Origin: Vicugna vicugna
Taxonomy: Eukaryota
Reading direction: 5' to 3'
DNA length: 64,000 nt
Assembly (NCBI GenBank): GCA_013265495.1
Contig: MU058009.1
Span: 3,863,780-3,927,779, forward strand
Position 1 is the first letter of the stretch. Every line of letters starts with the position of its first letter. A program made the translations under genes and the position numbers. Positions 1 to 12,000 of this stretch are shown here, piece after piece. The notes under the pieces are model-generated. The model ran no database searches. It saw only the letters and a list, made by a program, of their open reading frames with translations, and had not been told where the DNA came from.

Positions 1-819
1 GTCATTAGTTGCAGCAGCTTTTTGATAGATTTCATCAGGTTTTCTATACTGGCAATCCTGTCACCTGCAAATAATGGTTTTACGTCTTTATTTCCAAACT
101 GGATGTCTTTTACCTTTTTCTTGTCTTATTGCATTGGTTAGAAACTCCAGTACAGTGTTGAACAACAACCATGTAAGCAGACTTCCTGTCCTGTTTCTGA
201 CTCTACAGGGGAAGCGTTCAGTCTTTTACTTTCAGATACGCTGACAGCTACAGGTTTGTCATAGGTTTTTTTGTGTTTTTTTTTTTTATCATATTGAGAA
301 ATTTCTCTTCTTAATTTGCTGAGAGCTGTTTTTGTTTTTCCTTAATCAGGAATGGGTATTAGACTTTGTCAAAAGCTGTTTTACTTACCTTTTGAGATAA
401 CCATATGCTTTTCTTATTTTAGTTTGTTAGGATTGTGAATTACATTATCTTTTTTTTTTTTTACCATGAAACCAAACTTGGTTTCCTAGAGTGAAACATA
501 CATGGTCCTAACGTATCCTTTTTATATATTGTTGAATTCAATTTGCTTGTTTTTAAGCATTTTTTGCATATATTTTTGTGAGGGATATTGGTCTATAGTT
601 TTGTTGTTATTATTTTTGTAATGTCTCTTTGCAATTTAGGGTCAGGGTAACTCCGGGCTTGTAAAATGGAAATTATTTCATCCTCTTCAATGTTCTGAAA
701 AAGTTTATTTATAATTGATATTATTTCTTCCTTAAATGTTGAGTGGACTCGCCAACGAAGCCACCTGGGTTTGCATGTTTCTTTGTGGGAGGATTTTTAG
801 CTACTAATTCAATTTCTCT
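1..819 (-). mobile_element. L1M LINE ORF2 (RT-region) fragment
   Basis: Typical antisense L1 ORF2 text such as 'tcttattgcattggttagaaactccagtacagtgttgaac' and 'tttttgtgagggatattggtctatagttt'; T-rich and degenerate. Confidence 0.85.
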
Positions 820-1415
820 GGGGTCTTACTTTCAAGATTTGTTAGGTGAAGTCCAAGCAGTGTTTAGCATTGGGCCCCACTGAGGCGAGGTGGTTACGCG
901 CCCCGGGCATCAGAGGCTTTCCGCCCGGCTGGCAGGGACGGGCAGTACTCCCGGCCTGTGTGTGGCCTGGGCAGCGTGCCTGCCAGCCCTCTGGAGGGGT
1001 CTTTCCCTGGACTTCGGCACTTTCATCACACACGGGGACTGCCTGCTCTGCTGGACGTCAGGGGCCTCTACTGATCTCTGAATTCTCTCCCTGCCCACGT
1101 CTCTCCTCCCATCCTCTGCTCCCAGAACTCTAACTGCCGCCTCTCCCTGGGTCCTTAGCAGCTCAGTTCTGAGAGTCCTCTGGACCCTGCCGGACCTCCC
1201 CTCCCTGCACATGCCTGGGGACCCTCTCTGGGCAGTGAGCCGGGACAAGGGGGGTCACCCATTTGTTTCAGTCTCTCAGGGATCAGTGTCTCACTGCCTG
1301 CGGTCTAGTGTCTTGGAAAGTACCATTGCATATATGTCTGTCTCTCCTGCTGCTGGTGTGTGGGACGGGACGGTAACTGGGGCCTGTCCCTCCATCATGG
1401 CTGGAAGCGGCAGTC
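820..1415 (-). mobile_element. L1MC/L1MD-type 5' end fragment
   Basis: 'gatttgttaggtg...cagggatcagtgtc...gtctagtgtcttggaaagtaccattgcatatatgtc...ctccatcatggctggaagcggcagt' resembles the antisense L1MC/MD 5' terminus as recalled. Confidence 0.65.
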
Positions 1416-2729
1416 GGCAGTGGGCCCTTGATTGAGGGGCAATCATGCAGTGTCCTCCTGGAGGGGCAGCTGTGTGGCTGTGCCAGCTCCGGTGTCGGAG
1501 GAAATCGGGGAGCAGAGTGATGACAGAGCTCCTGCCAACCCCAGCGGAGAAGCCGCAGCGGAGCAGGCGGAGGCCACGGGGGTCATGACGGAAGCAGGCA
1601 GCCCCACAGCTCTGCAGGCTTCACATCAGAGTGGGGACGATGCCTCGGGAGGGCCAGGTCAGAGAGGTGTGGAGTCCCCGCGTGGCCCTCTGGGTGCCCT
1701 AGCAGCTTGACGACGGGCCACCCCAGGCCTGTGATTCCAAGCGAGACGTGCTGCTTGCTTGCCCAGTGCGGGGCCGTTTGCAGAGGCCGCGGGGGCCGGC
1801 TGATGCACCGTGAGCCGCTGCGCCCCATCAGTGCTAACGGCGTGGAGCAGCCAGGGCTCCTGCGGCCCGTGCGGGGGAAGCTCGCTCTCAAGATCCAAGT
1901 GGAAAAGTCAGAGCAGCTTCAACCCCAGGAGACGCTCAGGAGGGTGCAAACTGCAGATAATGGGAAATGGCTGTTCACACCCATCCTGAGGACATTTTGC
2001 ATCCTTGCAAACGTTTGTGGGAGGAAACAGAGGCCTGCCACCCTGGTGCTTCAGTGGGTTCTTCCTTAGAGCAAAGAGACACCACGATTCAAAACGGGGT
2101 GATCAGCGCGGGCTGCAGACACGGCTGCTTCAGCTGACGTCTTTTCAGAAAGGCAACTGCGAAGCTACCCGTTACTGTACGGCTGCCCGGTACCAGCAGT
2201 GAGCAAGATGCTGACGTGAGTGAGTTCTCATAACAAGCACAGGTGCCGACAAGCCTCAGCTGCGTGGAGAAGCAGGCGGGGGCTCAGAGCAGCCGCGCAC
2301 CTTGTTAAACGCAGCGTGTCTGCCTTCGAATCCCAAGCTCTCTGCTTACGTCGCCTGGAGAACCCTTAGCTTTGGACAGGTCTGTGTGGATTTATTCTGT
2401 GAGGTGGTCCTGGAAAACAGAAAGCTCTTGGACCTCAGAGTCAGACACATATCATTCCAAAGGCTGGCTCCACCCTCAAAAGTCACTCATTCATCTGACA
2501 GCTACACAGGGCGGGTGATGAAGAGGGTGGGGGGGAAGTAACTGGATCCTGAATCTGATAAAGCTGGCAGCCTGGGGGGCGGCAATGTCGAGATGCCAGC
2601 CCACCCTTGTCCAACACCTGGGCCTGACCTCTTTCCGCATCTCTCTGCACCCAATACGGTTTAGCACCATGCTGACTCCCGTGAGGCGTATGGACTATTT
2701 TGACGCCAGACACAGTATATTATGGTCTT

Positions 2730-2968
2730 TAGAAGTGTGGACTGTGAGGGAGGCTGCCTGAGCCTGAGCTCAGGTCGCACCTCTCCTGCTGACTAGCTCT
2801 AAGATCGTTTTTGTGCATTACTTAATCTCCCTTTCTGCCTCAATTGCCTTATTGATAAAATGCGGATGACAGGAAGTGCTTACCTCATACGGGTTTTTGA
2901 GGGTTAAATGAACAGAGCACTTAGGTAAGTGTTTGGTCCATTCTAAATACTTAAATAATAATTATTAT
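2730..2968 (+). mobile_element. MIR SINE
   Basis: Core 'ttacttaatctccctttctgcctcaattgccttattgataaaatgcggatga...tacctcatacgggtttttgagggttaaatga'. Confidence 0.75.
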
Positions 2969-3319
2969 CAAGTTTTTACATAGAAATACTTTCCTTCTGT
3001 GAGTTAATGAGGATTATTTTCCTTTTCTATGGAAAAAATTAATGAACATTCAACGAATGATTTTAGAACTAGAAAGAACAACAGAAAGTACATTTTAAAA
3101 TACATAATGTTGTAACCCCTCCAAAAACCGCTCCTGCCCAATTAGGATAAGTGACTGGTGGGAAAGTGGAATAACCCAGCTCGTAACAGGGGTTGGCCCT
3201 GGGACCCTGAGCCCACGGGCTTCCCGTTCCTTTGTGCTACGATGCTGCCCTCGCCTCTGGCAACCTTCACCCCAGCATCCGATTGTGGCGGCTCTGGTTG
3301 GGGGAAGGGACAGGAGAGG

Positions 3320-3490
3320 TCCCCGGCACCTCTAGTGACTGGCTGGATGGCCCTGGGCAAGTCACTGAAACTCTCTGAGCCTCGGTTTTCTCATCTATGA
3401 CATGGAGATGATAATGCCTCCCTCATGGGCCTGTGTGATCTCAGCATGTGACAATGCTCGTGACAGAGCTAGTACCTCGGCTGGCACCCT
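3320..3490 (+). mobile_element. MIR SINE
   Basis: 'ccctgggcaagtcactgaaactctctgagcctcggttttctcatctatgacatggagatgataatgcctc'. Confidence 0.85.
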
Positions 3491-3519
3491 CCGTGCCTAG
3501 GAAGTATGAGACGTGCGCA

Positions 3520-3745
3520 AAGGCCAGGAGCACTGATGCGGAGTCGAGCACGCCTGGATTCGAGTCCCCCACACCCGGGCAGGTAACACAGCCTCCCTCC
3601 GCCTCCTCTCAGTCTCTTGATCGGTCCAGTAAGGGCTGCATTGCCTCTCTCAGGATGGATGTGACCATCCAGAAAAATGGTGCTCGTAAAGCACCAGACA
3701 CGATGTCCAGCGTGCTGTCAGTGCCCAGTAAGTAATGGCAGCTGC
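3520..3745 (+). mobile_element. MIR SINE, diverged
   Basis: 'cctggattcgagtccc...gggcaggtaacac...gtaaagcaccagacacgatgtccagc...gtgcccagtaagtaatggc'. Confidence 0.6.
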
Positions 3746-3984
3746 ACGTACAACTGTGATGATGCCCATTATTGTCTTTTCAAGCATCTGGTTTCCGCTG
3801 TATCAATACCACGATGTGCTTAAAACATCGTCCTTCAAGGTTAAGCCCCACAGCCGATTAGTGGAGAGGAGAGACCTGATTCCAACTCTTTGACCACAAT
3901 TTATAGGCTTGCTCTCTTAAAATCCCAATATTTGGTACATTCATTACTAGCTTCTAATTTTTCAGAAGGGGACCCTTTCTGCCC

Positions 3985-4088
3985 AGAGGTGAAGTGAATA
4001 GCCATCCAGGGCCACATCATTATTTAATGGCGCATCTGAAACTGGAATCCAGTTCCTCTGACCCTCAATTTGTTATTCTTTCCACTGG
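3985..4088 (-). mobile_element. MIR SINE fragment
   Basis: 'cagaggtgaagtga...ccagggccaca...ctgaaactggaatccagttcctctgacc...ttctttccactg'. Confidence 0.6.
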
Positions 4089-4469
4089 ATGAAACAGAAA
4101 TGCCCAGAGCCTCTTTCCAGTGTCTGGCTGTTGAAAGTTATGCAGCCTTGTTTTGTGCCTTTCATATCACCCAATAGTGTTCCAAGCCTCCTTGCCATGG
4201 CAACCATCAAAATATTAAGCCCCTCAAAGCAGGACTGGAAAAGCAACTACAGCTCTGCTGTTGTTCCTGGTGATGGAGGGAGCAGAACCGGGAAGAGTCA
4301 GTTATCCCTGCGCCTCCTCCATGCAAGGGATGCCGACCACACAGCTGCTGGACCAGAATTCAGTCTTCTCTACGATGGCCTGCTGTGTGGGGTTCCTCCT
4401 GTGATAGGTTCATGTTAAAAACACAGCACGTAAAGACAGGAATAAACACGGCAGGTTAGAGAAGGCCCT

Positions 4470-4525
4470 TCTACTCTTCCTTCCTTTCCCCTCCCTCCCT
4501 CCTTCCCTCTCTTCCTTCCTCCCAT
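4470..4525. repeat. CT-rich low-complexity / (CCTT)n-like tract
   Basis: 'cttccttccttttcccctccctccctccttccctctcttccttcctcccatccttccttcctttctttct'. Confidence 0.8.
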
Positions 4526-6753
4526 CCTTCCTTCCTTTCTTTCTGTGAGAATGATCACAGAGCCTGAAATCCATGTCAAGGTTGCAGCAGTTTCAGCCGA
4601 GCAGATAAACTCCAGCCATCACACTCCGAGCCTCCAAGAGACCAGACGCTGGATGTAATGAGAAATGTAATAAAAATGTGTCCAGGTCATTTGTTTCTTA
4701 GCATGCGCCTCCTCTGTCTCATCTCCTGTCTTCTGGTATCTTCAGCAGAGATGTGTGTGTGTTAGAGAGAGAGATTTGTGAAGATACTGAGTGCATCCGC
4801 TAAAGACAGGTGACGCTCCAAAGGCCGTTTGCTATTCCCTGACCCTGAGGTGACAGACATCAGCAGGGGAAGTGGAGATGGCCGAGGTGGGGCAGCCCAG
4901 CAGCAAGAAGGCCTGAGGGCCAATGCAGTTTCTTTAAACCAAATACAAAAATCACAGACACATCTCAGAATAATTTCCCAGCGTGACATCACTTGCTAGG
5001 CAGTGCATCTTTTAAAAGAGGTCATTGAGAACAAGTCAGCAGAGGGAGGAAATAGACTCCTGACAGCTAGGATTGCCAGCCAGCGCTGTGATGAGCGCTA
5101 GGCGGGCAGGGGTGTGTGGGGGGCTGGCACACGAATCCAGGCCGCTGCTTCGTTCTCCCATCCAGATGTTGTGCCAGCTGCAGGTCACGCGGGAGCTCAC
5201 GGACCTCACTTTCTTTACTTGCCTGATACGTAGCTACAGGCTTCTCTCTCTGGCCGCCCATCTGGCTCCTGGCACCAGGAACTAAAATTATTATTATTTT
5301 TTCCAAATGAAAGGCTTTGAATCACAGCTGTTAATTACCAGATGATGATTAAAAACACATATTGCCTGCTGAGGTTTGAAAAGAGAACTCACGCTTGCTG
5401 ACCGGCCCCCTCTCAGAGATTCCAAGCCTCGAATGATGCGTGTGTGTCTTCAGAGAGCAAACTGTGACTTTACTGCACACCCAGGCCAATGCACGCAAGA
5501 AGATGGTGAGATGCGGTTCACTAAAGTCCTGAGGCCTTGTTTCTCCTGCACAGCACGTTCCAGAATCTCTAATTGCTGATCTTAGGCCCATGTCTGACTC
5601 AGACTGCCTTCATTTGGGGGCCTTTCAAACACCTGCAGCCCCTCTGATGGTGCTGACTAAGGCCTGGGTACCAGTGATGCCCTAGAAAAGGAAAGAAAGA
5701 GAAGGCCTGGCAGAAGGGCCTGACAAATTGCAGATTTCGGCTGTCGTGCTGCGATGCTGGGACTTGGCCGAGGGGCGGATGGAGGCTGCCTGAGCCGGCA
5801 GAGCCTGGGGGTGGGGACAGCGGCCAGTGAGAGGTGGGCTCTTACCCATCAGGGAAAATGACCAGGAATTACGGCCGGATAGGGATGAGGAGCTGTGAGC
5901 TGGAGGGAGTGGAGGGGAGGGAGCTGTGGATGAATATGGCACATCAGATGGGTGTTCTGTCTTGAATCCCCACGGACATCATGGTCAGACCTGTAATCGT
6001 GAAGTAGCACGTGCTTTCTACTTCCCAGCATGGCTCTGGGCAGTGGGGAGGAGAGGGCCGTCCAGGGTGGGGTACCCCTTTCCGTGCAGCCTGCACACCA
6101 CCTGGCCACAACCTAGCCACAACGGATGCAATGGACGGGGCAGCTCATGAGCAGGGAAGACAGGAAGTGAGGCTGAGGTCTCACGTTCAGCACACAGGTG
6201 TTGAATGCTCACCCCCAACAGGGGCCAGGTCCCACGTCAGTGAACGAAACGGAGGCACGTGGGGCAGGCTCTCTGCTCCCTTGGGGCTGAGATCCTCGCA
6301 GGGGAGACCGACAGCAGAACATTTGACGATGTGAAATGCACGCAGGGTTCCATGCAGACAAGAGAGGTGGAGGAGAGTAAGTCAGACACAGGACGCAGGC
6401 GTCTTGGTGGGGGCGAGCCTGGTGACAAGCAGTGAAGCCAGGGCTCACGGCACAGAAGGGACTTGGAGGAGGCGGGTGACGGGCTCAGGAAGTCACCCTG
6501 GTAACGGTGCTAGGCGGAAGCAACATGGTTCTGGCACGTTCTCCAGCCGCTGGCCCGCGTGCCTGGCCTGGAGTTAGGGACGGGGGACCACGGGAGGTGG
6601 GGCAGCCGAGGTCAGGGAGGTAAAAGGAACAGATGCACACGTAGAACAGTGCGCGTTTCCTTTTCCACATCTTCTGCGGGAAGGATGTAGGGCAGTTTAT
6701 AAAATGTGAAACAGGGTTATCTATGTAGAGCTTTTTCTATAGGCCTTATCTTT

Positions 6754-7923
6754 TCTTAATTGAAATGCAGATGATTTATAATGTTGTGTTAGTTTCAGCT
6801 GTACAGCAAAGTGATTCAGTAATTTTTTCAGATTATTTTCTATTATCAGTTATTACAAGATACTGAATGTTGCTCTCTGTGCTACAGGGCAAATCCTTGT
6901 TGCTTCTCTATTTTATCTCTTTACTATGTATCTACTTTATGTATCTAACAGTGTGTATCTCTTAGTCCCACAGTCCTAATACGTCAACCCCCTCCTTTCT
7001 CCTTTGGGAAGCACGAGTCTGTTTCCTGGGTCTGAGTCTGCTTCTGTTTCGGACATAGATTCATTTGTATTATTTTGAGATTCTACATGTAAGTGACATC
7101 ATATAATATTTGTCTTTCTCTGACATATTTTACTTAGCATAATATCCCCCAGGTCCATCCATGTTGCTGCAAATGGCATTATTTTATTCTTTATTATGGC
7201 TGAGTAATATTCCACCATATAATACACGACAACTTCTTCATCCAATCATCTGTCGATAGTTGTTTAGATTGCTTCCGTGCTTTGACTATTGTAAATAGTG
7301 CTGCTGTGAACACTGGAGTGCATGTGTCTTTTCAAATTAGAGTTTTCTGTAGCTATATGCCCAGGAGTGGGGTTGCTAGATCATATGGTAACTCTATTTT
7401 TAGTTTTTTTAAGGAAACTCCACACTGTTTTCCGTAATGGTTGGACCAAGTTACATTGCTACCAACAGTATAAGAGGGTTCCCTTTTCTCCACACCCTCT
7501 CCAGCATTTCCTGTTTGTGGACTTTTGAATGATGGCCATTCTGACTGGTGTGAGGTGATACTTCATTGTACTTTTGATTTGCATTTCTCTGATAATTAGC
7601 AATATTGAGCATTTTTTCATGTGCCTGCTGGCCATCTGTATGTCTTCATTAGAGAAATGTTTGTTTAGGCCTACTGCTCATTTTTTTGAATTTTTTTTTA
7701 TTGAGTTGTATGTTGTACATTTGTATATTCTGGAAATTAACTCCTTGTAAGTCACATCACTTGCAAATATTTTCTCCCAATCTGCAGGTTATCTTTTCAT
7801 TTTGTTCATGGTTTAAGCTGCACAGAAAGCTTACAAGCTTGATTAGGTCCCGTTTGTTTATTTTTGCTTTTATTTCTTTTGCCTTGATTGACTGATTTAA
7901 GAAAGTATTGCTACGATGTCTGC
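6754..7923 (-). mobile_element. Artiodactyl-type L1, 5'-truncated (3'UTR plus ORF2 end), with 15-bp TSD
   Basis: 'gtacagcaaagtgattcagt', 'tccatccatgttgctgcaaatggcatt', 'gccattctgactggtgtgaggtgatac'. Flanked by ataggccttatcttt (6739-6753) and atagaccttatcttt (7924-7938). Confidence 0.92.
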
Positions 7924-9489
7924 ATAGACCTTATCTTTGTTGTGGCAACTTCTACTCTGCCTGGTGCCCCTTTTCAAATTCTCCTTCTTGTGTTACGTCT
8001 AAAGGAAAGGGAATGTTTCCAATCAGGGTCGGCCTCAGTCTACCTTGAAGCCCCTGTTCTCAGTGCCTTCCTGCATCTCTGACCGTCGGGGTCTGGGCAG
8101 CCCCCACCACCCCACCCCCACCGGCTGGCGTCACTTCTCTCCTGCAGGAATCCAACCCTTCGCTCTCTTGCCCAAGTCCCTCCCAGCCCAGGGCCGCTGT
8201 GCATGATGGGCTTTTCCTGAGGGCTCGCTGGGTCTGGAGGGTGATAACAGAGCACAGAACAGAAACCCACTTAAAACTGAGCACCAGACGTCACAGCCCT
8301 AAACCGTCCTCAGCCGTCCCTGACTCTAGAGATTCCCCGAAGCTTAGTCCCCAAAGCCCCTGCACTGGGGGCTGGTTCTCATGTCACGTGGTGCTCCTCC
8401 CACGGCATCTGGTTTCCAAAGCAGCCATGTAACATGGGAACACGTTCCCTCCCTTCTGGTTGCACACAGGGTGCAGCAGGATCCAGGACATCCTAAGTGT
8501 CTCAGAGACAGTCGGGAACCCAGGCGAGAGCAGGAAACACAAGTGAAGCCGGTACGCAGAACACAGGCTTCTCCATCCTAAGCGCTGCCCGAAGACAGTT
8601 ACAAGCTTGGCTCTTTGAGAGCTTTAAGACGGGGGGGCAGCCAGCTCTGGGGACCTGTCAGCGAGGCAGTGAGAGCAGCCCCCTGCAGCAGGAGGGTAAT
8701 TGCTAATTCCGTGAGCGAGAGGGGCCTGCTTACACACAGGCCAGGGAGAGGACGTTAGATTCAGTATGAAGGAAACAGGCCCCCTTTTAAGGTTTTCATT
8801 CAAAGGAAGACAGGTTTTAAATAACATCTAAGGAAAACTGGTCTGGCAAGCCTGTGAGGTAGATCACAGGGTGGGGGTCTGGAAGCAGGAAGGCCATCCT
8901 GGGGAGAAGGCCGACATGCTTTCCTGGACCCACTGCCGCCCCCACCCCAGGCCAAGCCAGTGTCCACTCAGCCACGGCCACTGTCTTCCTGGCCACCTGG
9001 GATGTTGGCCATCACTGCTTCCTCTCTTCTGTGGAACAGAGCACAAGCCAGTCGTCACGTCTGTATTGTAGGTGTTTGTGGAGCTGTTTGAGGAGACAAG
9101 CTTTATGAAAGCCAGGGACGCCTCTGTGCAGCGCGCCTGAGGTAGATGAGGGTGCAGCGAAATCAGAGTTACAAAAACAGTAACAGTAGTGCCAAACACC
9201 TGCTGGGCTCTCGACCCCTCGGCAGGACTCCCTCTCCAGGTGGACGCCAGGCGAGCGGAGGGCGGTGGAACAGGTTCCGGGCCGCGTAGCACCGGGCTGG
9301 ACGATGGTTGTGTGCGACGAGACAAAGCGGTGTCGCTTTAGAAGTCAGCGAGCTGTGACGGCCACCACCCGCAGTGGACACACAGCGATCCCGGTGGGGT
9401 GGGCACAGGTGCCGGGGGCACAAGGTGTCATAATGCAGACAGGGTGTAGAGAGGGCTGCTTTGTGAAAACAAGTTCGTTTTCCCAGTTT

Positions 9490-10300
9490 ATTAGTTTGTA
9501 ATTGAGTGATGATTCACATACGATAAAACGTGCCCTTCTGAAGCAGCAGTTCGGGGGGTTTTAGTGTATCCGCGAGGTTGTGCCCTCGGTGCCACTGCCC
9601 AGAGCATTGTCAGTCACGCCCCAGAGGAGCCCTGGACCCACTGGTCATCACTTCCCGCAGCCCCTCCTCCCGGCCCCTGGCAACCAGGGGCTGCTCTCTT
9701 CTTTCTTCACAGATTTGCCCATTCTGGGCATGAGACATCCGTGGGATTATTCAGTACATGGCTTTTCGTGTCTGCCTTCTTTCATTTAGCATACTGCTTT
9801 CAAGATCCAGCCACGTTGCGGCAGGAGTCAGGGCTGCATTCCCTTTTGTGGCTGAATAATGCTCCATCGCGTGGACAGATCACGTGTTATTTATCCACTC
9901 ATTAGCTGGTAGGAAATTGGGACTTTTCCCCCCTTTGGCTGTCACTGACGGTGTTGCTCTGAGTGCGCACGGACAGGGTTTTTGCGGACGTGTGTTATCT
10001 TTTCTCCTGGGTACGTACCCCAAAGTCAAACTGCTGGGTCCTGTGGGGATTCTGTGTTTGACACTTTGAAGGGCTACCGGCTTGTTTTCCCGTGTGGCCT
10101 CACCATTCTGCCTCCCCGCCAGCCGTGGAGGAAGGCTGCGATGTCGCCACGTCCCCACCAACTCCTGTCAGGGCCTGTCGTTTTGACTGTGGCCGTCCTA
10201 GCTGGGGTGACGTGGTGGCTCGTGGTTTGGATTTGCATTTCCCTGGTGGCTGATGATGTGGGTGCCTTTCCCTCTGCTTATTGTCTGTCTGTGTATTTTT
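9490..10300 (-). mobile_element. L1MB-like 3' end, GC-drifted
   Basis: 'cccctggcaacca...cagatttgcccattctgggcat...ccttctttcatttagcata...tggctgaataat...gtggtttggatttgcatttccctggtggctgatgatg'. Confidence 0.85.
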
Positions 10301-11655
10301 CAGTGCATTTGTTATTAACACAATGCGTTCAAGGTGGGGGTGATGGATCTAAATAAAGCTGCCTGGGGGCAGTGCGCGCCCTGTTAGGACGTGGACAGAC
10401 GTGTGGGCAGACGGGGCTGCGCTTAGAGCTGCTACAGTAGTCGCCACATGGGTGGTTGCTGAAGTCGTGCACGGGCGTGCGTTCTAGGAGAGCTGGGAGC
10501 CCGTGAGCCTCAAGAAACACCCGTTCTCAGTGGGCGAGTAAAAGAGGGAAAGGGAAGAAGAAAGGAAAAAAAAAAACCTGCCAAAGTCAGGAACAAATCC
10601 GGGCTGCCTCTTGGGGAGCAAAATTCAGATTTCAAGGAATTCTCTTAGGATCAGCAAACTATCCGAGGTCAGTGGTTTCTCTCTGAAATAGAGCAGCCCC
10701 CAGAAAAGTCATTACAAGATCGAGAGCCCAGCCAGCAAGATCTCATCAAGTTTTGTTATTAAAAAATAATTGTACTTAGGCCATTGTTACCCACTTTTTC
10801 TTACGTCAGACGGCTAGGTTGCTTTTATTAAAATCAATGAAATGCTTTAGAGATTCAGAATATAGAATTGTTTTCCCCGACAATTTCTTGGGCCAGAAAA
10901 AATACCGTAATTTAGTGGGAGACCTGACTGTCGGTTCTAAAACGTTGCAGGGCCCACCCCGCACCCCCAGTGCGTGCGCTCTCCTTGTGCCTTCACGTCC
11001 AGGGTCTCCACCCGAATCTGGCTCTGCTTAGAAGATGCTGAGGACAATTACACGCGTTGTGGATCTTTCTTGACATTATGCTTCTCCGGTTTTTGGGTCA
11101 AAGAAACATAGATCGAGTCCGACTTCCATGTCGCTTGAAGCAGCCCCGCCTGGGCGGCAGGTCCGAGCAGGGTTCCGACGCCGAGCCCCCGTCTGCGTCT
11201 GAGGACAGGGCGCTCCCTTGCATGTGGAGTTCTTCAATCAACCCCAGATGCCTCTAAAGAAGGCTCTTCACTGCTCCTTTTTAGCCCTCTTACTTCCCTT
11301 CGTTTTGTGCCGCTTCAAACACAGCTGACACTCACCCAGGTCCATTAAGGGAAAATAAAGGTCATGGCTGGGGCGCCTGTCACCACCTCTGCAGGCTCGA
11401 TGTGGGCTCGTGCGCGCCTGTGTCAGTCTTTTCAATTTTCTTCCTGATTTAGTGGAGGCAATCATAGCAGAACTGGCCCTGAATATCGGCTGCCAGCTTC
11501 CTTGAAGAAACCCACCGGCAGGCAGGCAGGCAGCTGGCCGGCTGGCCCTCAGGCCTGGGTTCACCGACACGCACTCACAGAGGCGAGGGCCAGCCCGGCG
11601 GCGGAGAATCGCTCTTCCCCGGAAAATGGTTCTTGGGCTGGGGCTGCCGGGGGTG

Positions 11656-11699
11656 TCGGTGCCTATTCGGTGCCTGTTCGGTGCCTGTTCTGTGCCTCA
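11656..11699. repeat. 11-bp tandem repeat x4 (tcggtgcctgt)
   Basis: tcggtgcctat-tcggtgcctgt-tcggtgcctgt-tctgtgcctca. Confidence 0.85.
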
Positions 11700-11789
11700 G
11701 TGCTGCTCCCTCTGCAGGGTCCCTACCCCGCCCCGACCCCGGTGCCTCCGTCTGTGCGTACATTTGTCCACCTGACGTCCTACTGCGTG

Positions 11790-12000
11790 CGGTCTAATGT
11801 GCTGGTCAGGAAGAGGTACACTTTCAAACCCCACTATCTCTGCCACTTCTTAAGTGGGCATATTTTATGTAAACGCGCTAGGCCTCCATTTGTTCTTCTG
11901 TAAAGTGAGGACAATTAGGGAGCCTGTTTCGTAGGGCTGTCGTGAGAATTAATGAGACGGGCCGTAGCAGGTTCTCAGCACAATAGGAAGTGTAAACCCA
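11790..12000 (+). mobile_element. MIR SINE
   Basis: 'gcctccatttgttcttctgtaaagtgaggacaat...tcgtagggctgtcgtgagaattaatgaga'. Confidence 0.75.

Noticed and set aside
5342..5401. Possible C/D-box snoRNA (ATGATGA ... CTGA)
   Set aside because: No convincing terminal stem or recognisable rRNA antisense element.
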